Source: an uncultured bacterium
GTDB taxonomy: Bacteria; Patescibacteriota; Minisyncoccia; UBA6257; 2-01-FULL-56-20
NCBI GenBank assembly: GCA_963696395.1
Contig: CAVOJZ010000002.1
Coordinates: 656,344 to 720,343 of the forward strand
Direction of reading: 5' to 3'
Length of the DNA: 64,000 nt
The notes under the pieces were generated by a model. That model searched no databases. It was not told the origin of the DNA and saw nothing but the letters and a program-made list of their open reading frames with translations. Both the position numbers and the translations under genes were made by a program. Of this stretch, positions 57,114-64,000 are shown piece after piece (position 1 is the stretch's first letter; each line of letters opens with the position of its first letter).

Positions 57114-60100
57114 ATGGTAGGAAAACTTCACAAGAAATCTCTCTATATATTGCTGGTTCTCGGGCTTGTTTGTTTTGGGATGCGGGCAGGATACGCGCAC
57201 GCCGATAACCCAACGATTCTTCAAAGTTGTACAAGCGGACACTATAGCGCAACCGCAACGTGTACTCTTACGAATACATTAACAGCCGGAACGACCCTGG
57301 TTGCGGTTGGCTATAGCGGAGCATCTGGCGCGACGTTGTCAACGTCAGGTTGTGGTCTCACATGGACGAAAGTGTTCAGCGATACCGCCTCCTCTAACTT
57401 TACGTGGGACGTTTGGACTGCGACGTCAACGACTGGAGTGTCATGTTCGCCGAGCCAGACCATTAATGTCGGAAACTACAATTTTTTAAATGTCCTTGAG
57501 GTATCGAACATCGGCGCGTTAAATATTTCTCCTGCCGATGAACACGCGGGGTGTGCGACGTCGTGTCAAAGCGGTTCGGTAATCACTACTGCTCCTGGCG
57601 ATTTGGCGTTGGTTGTGGGATTCGTGCCGGGTCAACAGTTAACCTATAGCAACTTTGCAGGCGGGTATACCGTTTTTCAGCAACAAACCTTTACGACCGA
57701 ATCGGGAGGTCTCGGATCGAATGTCGACGCATACTTGGTGCAGTCCGCCGCGGGATCGGCTTCCACCACCTACGACCTTAGCTCTGGCACCGGCTATGCG
57801 GATTCTATTCTCATTCCCTTCACCCAGACTTCATCACCACCTGCCATTTCCTCATTCACCGCCTATCCTATCTGGGTCCCTTCCGTGGGAACATCCACTC
57901 TTTCGTGGAATATATTGAATGCATCTTCTGTTGCCGTCACTCCGGGAAGTTTTAGTACCAGCACCCTCAATGGTTCGACAACGGTGTATCCCACCTCGAC
58001 GACAATCTTCACGCTCACTGCCACGAATGTCCACGGAACAAGCACGGCGACGAGCACTGTCAATGTTGATTCGTCAACGCCAACCACTCCGACGAACCTC
58101 GTCGCGACCGCTATCGATTTTTCACGGATATCTCTCGCGTGGTCATCGAGCACCGATTCGGGCGGGTCGGGTATCGCTGGCTACAATATTTTCAGATGCA
58201 CGGGATCGTGCACTCCCACAATAAAAATCGCGACCTCGTCGGGAGCTTCATATGCGGACAACAATCTCGCCGCCTCCACCACGTACACCTATATCGTTTC
58301 CGCCTTCAATGGAGCGGGGACTTTTTCCCCCACGAGTGCGGCGATGAGCACAACAACTTCGAACAGTAGCGTGAGCGGTCCGTGGACAAGCATTCTCGCG
58401 CCCAGTCGTGCGACCGATTGGACTCAAGCGGGAATCCCGGGAGGCATTCCCAGTCGTGCAACCGTCTGCGCCACTATTACGTCCGGCGCGTCTACTGCAA
58501 ATATTCAGACCGCGATCAATAACTGTCCTGCGAATCAAGTGGTGCTCTTCGGTGCCGGCACTTTTAATCTTACTGCCTCCATCTATGCCAATAAAGGTAT
58601 CGTGTTGCGCGGGAGCGGTCCGACGAATACGACGATCAATCTCGCGACCGGAACCGACATCTATATGGGTTTGAACGGGACTGGTGGATTAGGAAGCGAA
58701 TTCCCGTCCTCGGCGCTTGGTTCCACCAATTGGACGGGCGGACTTGGACAGGGTAGCACGGTCTTGACTTTAGCCAGCACGTCGGGAATTTCTGCAGGCC
58801 AAAATATCGTGCTGGACCAGGACAATGCGCCATGGGTCAACACGACGGGTATTGCGGGTCCATGCACCTCCGGCAACAGCTGTGGTCGAAACGACGACCC
58901 GTTAGGGTTTAGCGGTTCTTCAAACCGAGCACAGGAAGAAATTGTGCACGTGGTGAGCGTGGACAGTCCCACGCAAATTACCATCGCGGCTCCTGGCGTT
59001 TCATTTGATCACAGTGCCAGTCTGTCTCCGCAAGCCTTCTTCTGGACGTGTAACTCGGCCTGCGTCGGCGGTCCCAATTCACCGGGAAATGTTCAGTACG
59101 CAGGCGTTGAAAATATAAGCATTAATGCTAACTCCAACAACTTTGCGGTGAGCATGCCCTATTGCGATTATTGCTGGGTTAAGAACGTAGCGATAACTAA
59201 CCTTGCCCGCTCGGGAGTATTTTTCTGGTGGGGGTATCGAGACGAAGTGCGCGATAGTTATTTTTCCGCATCAAACACTTCCGGCGCCCCAACGGAATAT
59301 GGAATAGAGGTCGAAAATTCGACATTTACCAAAGTCGAAAATAACATACTGTTTGGCATCACTGCGGATTTGCTTCCGGAGGGCTCGTACGGACTTGTTG
59401 CGGGATACAACTATGCGCTAAACACGGCTCCGGGGGCGGAGTTCAGCAGTTTTGAAACGCACTTGTCTCACAATTTCCTTCAACTCTACGAAGGCAATGT
59501 CGTAGCGGGGATAGGATACGATGACGTTTGGGGATCGTCATCGCAAAATACGGATTTTCGCAATTATGTTTCGGGGAATAGTCCGAATAAGAATAATTAC
59601 CGCTATCCAATCGCCATTGATGCGGAGAACGAGTATATGAATATGGTGGGGAATGTTTTGGGCGATGCCTCATTCCACAGGGTATATGTGTGCGATGAAG
59701 CCGACCCCTATATTAGCGACGATTATATTTATGACTTGGGCTTTTCGGATGGTTGTGGGGCCGGTATCACAGATTCTTATCCGTACGATCCTCTGGTCGA
59801 AAGCAGTTTGATGCGCTGGGGAAATTGGGATCCGGCGACATGGATCGCTAACGGTAATACCAATGGTGTGCGTTATTGCACCGGCGCCGGCGCGGGAAAT
59901 CCCGCATGCACTGTTTCTGAAACAGCGAGTACGGATCCAACGTTCCCCGGCCTCGCAAGTCCAACCACAACACTTCCGAATTCTTTCTATTTAGGCAGCA
60001 AGCCATCATGGTTTAACAACGTGAATGGCGTTACTAATGTGCCATGGCCCACTATCGGTCCTGATGTTAACTGCACCACAAACTGTATCGCTAACGCTGC

Positions 60101-61181
60101 TAGTCACGCCGTCATGATTCCCGCAGAGTTGTGTTATGCGAATACGGCAAAAGATGGAAATGGATTTTTGACAGCATTCGACGCGTCGACATGTTATTCC
60201 GGAGAGTATCTCGTTTCTTCCACTCCTCCCTCGATCGCTTCCTTCTCTGCCGCCCCTCAGTATACAGAACCAAGCGTCACCTCAACCCTCTCCTGGAGTG
60301 TGAGTAACGCCTCTTCCGTCTCCATCTCCCCGGGCAGTTTTTCGACCTCAACCCTCATCGGCTCCGTCACCGTGAATCCCACCTCAACCACGACCTACAC
60401 CCTCACGGCTTCTTCGAATGGCAACGGCACAAGTACCGCCCAGACCACCGTGACCGTGCAAAGCATCCCTCCTTCCGTACCCCAGAATCTCTCCGCAACC
60501 CCGGTCTCTCCCTCCGAGATCGATCTCTCCTGGAGTGCCTCCACAAGTTCCATCCCCGTAGCCGGGTATGGCATCTTCCAAGACAGCGTGGAGATTGCAA
60601 CGACCAGTGCTACCAGTTACCAGAATACCGGGCTCAATCAGGACAGCCTCTACGCATATACCGTGGATGCCTTTGACGCCGCAGGGAATGTCTCCGGACA
60701 AAGCTCATCCACAAGCGCAACCACGGAAACCCAGCAATCCGGCGGCGGTGGTGGTGGAGGCGGTGGAGGCGGCGGAGGTGGAGGCGGCGGAGGTGGAGGC
60801 GGCGGCTACTATATCCCTCCCGCATCAACCTCAACCACAACCGGCACGGGGACCGGAACCAGCGGCAACTCCGCACTTCTCCAAACCCTCCTTACCGAAC
60901 TCCTCTCCCTCGTGAAGCAGCTGAATACCCAGCTTGTCGCAACCTTTACGAGAAATCTCACCGTGGGGTCACGGGGGACGGATGTCCAAAACCTCCAGGT
61001 CTTCCTGAATGACAACGGCTACCCGATATCCGAGACGGGAGCAGGATCTCTCGGACACGAATCAACCTACTTTGGCGCCAAGACGGCACAGGCCCTGGCC
61101 AAGTGGCAGAAGGCAAACGGGATCAAGGGGACCGGATTCTTTGGACCGGCAACAAGGGCATTTATGGAGAAGTTGTATTAG
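57114..61181 (+). CDS. Giant surface protein paralog (1355 aa): signal peptide, N-terminal domain shared with the 34705 gene, Ig-like/FN3, beta-helix domain, Ig-like/FN3, long poly-Gly, PG-binding module
   Basis: LHKKSLYILLVLGLVCFGMR signal. C-terminus LNDNGYPISETGAGSLGHESTYFGAKTAQALAKWQKANG. Confidence 0.8.
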   Translation: MVGKLHKKSLYILLVLGLVCFGMRAGYAHADNPTILQSCTSGHYSATATCTLTNTLTAGTTLVAVGYSGASGATLSTSGCGLTWTKVFSDTASSNFTWDVWTATSTTGVSCSPSQTINVGNYNFLNVLEVSNIGALNISPADEHAGCATSCQSGSVITTAPGDLALVVGFVPGQQLTYSNFAGGYTVFQQQTFTTESGGLGSNVDAYLVQSAAGSASTTYDLSSGTGYADSILIPFTQTSSPPAISSFTAYPIWVPSVGTSTLSWNILNASSVAVTPGSFSTSTLNGSTTVYPTSTTIFTLTATNVHGTSTATSTVNVDSSTPTTPTNLVATAIDFSRISLAWSSSTDSGGSGIAGYNIFRCTGSCTPTIKIATSSGASYADNNLAASTTYTYIVSAFNGAGTFSPTSAAMSTTTSNSSVSGPWTSILAPSRATDWTQAGIPGGIPSRATVCATITSGASTANIQTAINNCPANQVVLFGAGTFNLTASIYANKGIVLRGSGPTNTTINLATGTDIYMGLNGTGGLGSEFPSSALGSTNWTGGLGQGSTVLTLASTSGISAGQNIVLDQDNAPWVNTTGIAGPCTSGNSCGRNDDPLGFSGSSNRAQEEIVHVVSVDSPTQITIAAPGVSFDHSASLSPQAFFWTCNSACVGGPNSPGNVQYAGVENISINANSNNFAVSMPYCDYCWVKNVAITNLARSGVFFWWGYRDEVRDSYFSASNTSGAPTEYGIEVENSTFTKVENNILFGITADLLPEGSYGLVAGYNYALNTAPGAEFSSFETHLSHNFLQLYEGNVVAGIGYDDVWGSSSQNTDFRNYVSGNSPNKNNYRYPIAIDAENEYMNMVGNVLGDASFHRVYVCDEADPYISDDYIYDLGFSDGCGAGITDSYPYDPLVESSLMRWGNWDPATWIANGNTNGVRYCTGAGAGNPACTVSETASTDPTFPGLASPTTTLPNSFYLGSKPSWFNNVNGVTNVPWPTIGPDVNCTTNCIANAASHAVMIPAELCYANTAKDGNGFLTAFDASTCYSGEYLVSSTPPSIASFSAAPQYTEPSVTSTLSWSVSNASSVSISPGSFSTSTLIGSVTVNPTSTTTYTLTASSNGNGTSTAQTTVTVQSIPPSVPQNLSATPVSPSEIDLSWSASTSSIPVAGYGIFQDSVEIATTSATSYQNTGLNQDSLYAYTVDAFDAAGNVSGQSSSTSATTETQQSGGGGGGGGGGGGGGGGGGGGGGYYIPPASTSTTTGTGTGTSGNSALLQTLLTELLSLVKQLNTQLVATFTRNLTVGSRGTDVQNLQVFLNDNGYPISETGAGSLGHESTYFGAKTAQALAKWQKANGIKGTGFFGPATRAFMEKLY

Positions 61182-61245
61182 GAAAGAACGCGGGAAAGAT
61201 TTTGTATAATGTATAAACAGTCGAAAATTAACCAATAATAAACAC

Positions 61246-61644
61246 ATGAACAACAGACCGATACATTTCGAGATTCAGGCTGACGATGCGGAGCGGGCTA
61301 AAAAGTTTTATGAAAATGCATTGGGGTGGAAGATCGACAAATCAACCATGCCGGGCGTTGGTATGGATTATTGGATGGTGATGACAGGGACGGGACCGGG
61401 CATCGACGGTGGTCTTTATAAACGATCCGACAGCCCGCGGAAAGTCACGGCGTTTGATTGCACGATTCAGGTTGAAGACATAGATAAGGTTATCGCCGCC
61501 ATCAAGGCAAACGGCGGCCAGGTGCAGCCTTGGGAAGGAAAAGAAAAATGGGAAATGAAAGGGCTTGGATGGTTTTCCCGGGCGGTAGATCCGGAAGGGA
61601 ATATATTTGGGCTTCTGCAACCCACGGAGTGGCAGGCAAAATAA
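61246..61644 (+). CDS. VOC/glyoxalase-family protein
   Basis: IHFEIQADDAERAKKFYENALGWKI...; size about 130 aa. Confidence 0.6.
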   Translation: MNNRPIHFEIQADDAERAKKFYENALGWKIDKSTMPGVGMDYWMVMTGTGPGIDGGLYKRSDSPRKVTAFDCTIQVEDIDKVIAAIKANGGQVQPWEGKEKWEMKGLGWFSRAVDPEGNIFGLLQPTEWQAK

Positions 61645-61653
61645 GAAATTAAA

Positions 61654-61690
61654 AAAAGAAAAGGCGCATCACATGATGCGCCTTTTTTTG
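61654..61690. terminator. Bidirectional intrinsic terminator (ggcgcatc/gatgcgcc stem, A-tract upstream, T7 downstream)
   Basis: aaaaaaagaaaaggcgcatcacatgatgcgccttttttt. Confidence 0.75.
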
Positions 61691-61823
61691 TTGTGTACGC
61701 GGTCGGATCAGTACTCCGTGCCACCAACCAATAACTGCAAGCAATCCTAACAATGACTCCGCCGCCGCCAGCGTTCTTGCCTTTGGGGCAGCGAATGATT
61801 TTCCGCCAAAACCCAACCAGCTT

Positions 61824-62648
61824 GTGAACGACTATGCTTCGATGTTGTCTTTGGAAGATCGTGCGAAGATTGAGGGTCGCCTTCGACAATACGAAGCACA
61901 AACATCCATTGATCTCACGGTGGTCACTGTGCCGTCGTTGAACGGGATGCCTATCGAGGACTATTCCGTGGAACTTTTCAAGCAATGGGGCATCGGCAAG
62001 AAAGGAAAGGACAACGGGGTTCTCCTGCTTTTTGCTCCCAGCGAAAGAAAGGTAAGGATTGAGGCTGGGTACGGGATTGAACCGTATCTTACCGACGGTG
62101 CCGCTGGAGACATAATTCGAAACAAAATTGTCCCAGCGTATCGCGCCGGAAAGATTGCGGATAGCGTCTCGGGAGGCGTCGAGGGAATCATCGCGCATCT
62201 CGGCGATAAGCCCTACGGAGATCGTGCTTCTCGTAAGCAAGATCAAGACGATAACGCTGTCTTTGTGGCAATAATTGTTCTCGGAACCCTCGTAGTGGGA
62301 GTCGTGATAATCTTATTTTTCGGTTTCAGAAAAAAAGAATCAAAAACCGAGGAAGAGGAAGGTGATTGTAGGCTATGTCCGACTATGACGTTTCCTTCTC
62401 CAACGCAGGAGCGGGGTTCGTCGAGGCGGTCGCCGAGGGTGCATTTGGAACGGGAAAAGGAATCGGAAAGGCATATTGGGGCCTCTCCCTCAGATGAAGA
62501 AACCACGCGTTCGTCTGCATGGGTCAACTCCGATCCCGATCCGACTCCAGATACGACGTCGTCACAACCAGAGCCAGAGTCCCAACCCGAACCCTTTGAG
62601 TTTGGAGGAGGAGCGTCTGGAGGTGCCGGGGCAACAGGAGATTTGTAG
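61824..62648 (+). CDS. TPM-domain (YgcG/TLP18.3-like) protein with C-terminal TM and Gly-rich tail; GTG start, N-terminal signal peptide apparently missing
   Basis: PPKPNQLVNDYASMLSLEDRAKIEGRLRQYEAQTSIDLTVVTV...GVLLLFAPSERKVRIEAGYGIEPYLTD is the TPM signature. Confidence 0.6.
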   Translation: MNDYASMLSLEDRAKIEGRLRQYEAQTSIDLTVVTVPSLNGMPIEDYSVELFKQWGIGKKGKDNGVLLLFAPSERKVRIEAGYGIEPYLTDGAAGDIIRNKIVPAYRAGKIADSVSGGVEGIIAHLGDKPYGDRASRKQDQDDNAVFVAIIVLGTLVVGVVIILFFGFRKKESKTEEEEGDCRLCPTMTFPSPTQERGSSRRSPRVHLEREKESERHIGASPSDEETTRSSAWVNSDPDPTPDTTSSQPEPESQPEPFEFGGGASGGAGATGDL

Positions 62649-62718
62649 AACATTGGCGAGCTTTTTCCCGAAGCTCGCCGTTTTTTTATTTCTTGTGCGG
62701 GTTTGATACAATAGCACC

Positions 62719-62982
62719 ATGGCAGAAAAAATTTGCAGCCATAGGGACCAAATAAGGGACGTCCATCCGAAAGACATTACGGTTTGTGAAGACTGCATCA
62801 AAATCGGGGACACGTGGGTGAATTTAAGGATGTGCCTCATTTGCGGGCACGTCGGTTGTTGTGATAGCTCAAAGAATAAGCACGCGACCAAACATTTTAA
62901 AGCGACCGGCCACCCGATCATGAAATCAGTTTCGCCGGGCGAGGAATTTACGTGGTGCTATGTTGACGCCATGTATCTCTAA
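62719..62982 (+). CDS. zf-UBP-type zinc-finger protein (87 aa)
   Basis: C/H-rich CSHRDQ...CEDC...CLICGHVGCC...HATKHFKATGH. Confidence 0.45.
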   Translation: MAEKICSHRDQIRDVHPKDITVCEDCIKIGDTWVNLRMCLICGHVGCCDSSKNKHATKHFKATGHPIMKSVSPGEEFTWCYVDAMYL

Positions 62983-62993
62983 CCCTGGGGAAG

Positions 62994-63935
62994 TCAGTTG
63001 AAAAACGAAATCAAATACTGGTTGATGTCGCGTTGGCTCATGTTGTAGAAATATTCATCGTTCGAATGAAGGAATGTAGCGAGCGACACACCAACGTATC
63101 GCCAGTGCCAGGGTTCAAATTCGTAATAAATGTTTTGCGGCGGATACGAGAGGATAAATCCAAATTGGTAAGCGTTGCCTACGAGCCATGCATACCCGGT
63201 TGAAGATGCAAACTGAGCACGAAGATTTGCTGCTCCCGGAACCCCAAAGTCCACGGCGGTTCCGAGCTGGTGTTCGGAATATCCCTGGTCGGCCGAAAAC
63301 TGGTTAGCGCCTGAGCCGTAAGTATTTGTGTAGTCGAGTTTTAACGTGCCTTGCTGATAGAATGATCGGTAGGCGGAAATGATTTTCAAAGACACTCCGG
63401 CGCGGTCTGCACTTGCGAGGAGAGCTTCAAGTTTCGGGAGCGCTCCCGAAAGGAAAAGTTGTGGCGTGCTGGAATTAAAAAGATATTGCGTATCGATGGG
63501 GGAAAGCGAAGCGGGCACATAATTGTCGCTCAAAAAATACACCTTCGAATATTTCTCAAGAAGCTGGGGGTCAATGGACGCGAGTGTCTGGAGCGACGTC
63601 ACGGTTCCCGAAAGCTGATTAATCTGCGGCTCTAAAGCCGCATTTTCATTTTGCGCAACAGCAAGCGATTGGCTCGTCGAAGCCAGCTGAACGCTCGTTG
63701 ACGCAAGCGCCTGCGAAAGTTCGTCAACCTGAGATTCAAGGTCGGACATATTTCCTTGCAGGGCGGCATTCGCAGTATTCAATTCGCGATAATAGGTATA
63801 AGCCTTATATGATGCCGCGAGCAAGGCAGCCAGAATGATGATAAAACCGATGGCGAAATAGGCGATACGCTTTGGCTTGCTTGTCATGATGATTAGTATA
63901 CACTGCCCCTTAAACCCTGGACAAAAATGCCACAA
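62994..63935 (-). CDS. Peptidase M15 (VanY-like D-alanyl-D-alanine carboxypeptidase) with N-terminal TM and coiled-coil
   Basis: ...LKIISAYRSFYQQ...SEHQLGTAVDF...EPWHWRYVG matches the M15B zinc-binding motifs. Confidence 0.7.
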   Translation of the reverse strand: MWHFCPGFKGQCILIIMTSKPKRIAYFAIGFIIILAALLAASYKAYTYYRELNTANAALQGNMSDLESQVDELSQALASTSVQLASTSQSLAVAQNENAALEPQINQLSGTVTSLQTLASIDPQLLEKYSKVYFLSDNYVPASLSPIDTQYLFNSSTPQLFLSGALPKLEALLASADRAGVSLKIISAYRSFYQQGTLKLDYTNTYGSGANQFSADQGYSEHQLGTAVDFGVPGAANLRAQFASSTGYAWLVGNAYQFGFILSYPPQNIYYEFEPWHWRYVGVSLATFLHSNDEYFYNMSQRDINQYLISFFN

Positions 63936-64000
63936 ATGTGCCTTATAAAAATCAGTAGACAGGCATTCGGGATTGGCTATACTTTATAAAAGGTCGATAA

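Noticed and set aside
1-64000. CRISPR arrays, rRNA genes, retron/DGR reverse transcriptases, integrases
   Set aside because: No regularly spaced direct repeats with unique spacers, no rRNA-like segments, and no RT or tyrosine-recombinase ORFs were seen. The only tandem nucleotide repeats are coding GGN/Gly-Ser microsatellites.

Overview
This 64-kb bacterial window has two parts. The first is a conserved housekeeping block (9.7-21.7 kb): dnaG, rpoD, a compact alaS, infA, rpmJ, rpsM, rpsK, rpsD, rpoA, rplQ, rplM and rpsI, with a tRNA-Gly(CCC) at 0.9 kb. A compact AlaRS without the C-Ala domain and a 255-aa RpoA without the alpha-CTD fit a reduced genome, possibly Patescibacteria/CPR-like; that placement is inference. 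The second part is a large accessory region. Its dominant feature is a family of seven very large (1067-1803 aa) secreted, Ser/Thr/Gly/Asn-rich surface proteins. Each begins with a signal peptide and ends with a conserved coiled segment plus a peptidoglycan-binding-like C-terminal module (PG_binding_1-type, LNDNGY...FG..T..A). Their centres are mosaics of DUF11 repeats, right-handed beta-helix/pectate-lyase-like domains, FN3, Ig-like and LamG domains joined by poly-Gly linkers. The paralogs share near-identical 3' blocks, which suggests gene conversion. They are separated by a recurring intergenic module: the tail of a duplicated 54-aa zinc-ribbon gene, a hairpin with compensatory changes, a canonical intrinsic terminator, and a promoter-like segment. 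In two copies that promoter spacer holds a poly-C8 tract, a candidate phase-variation switch. Other content: an IS30-family element next to a Type III R-M operon (mod-res plus a DUF559 endonuclease-like gene); an NYN-domain gene; an ABC exporter with two membrane-fusion proteins; CAP, TspO, VanY/M15, TPM and VOC genes; a 29-bp perfect inverted repeat abutting the tRNA; and a ~100-nt repeated hairpin/direct-repeat element present twice. No CRISPR array or rRNA was seen.
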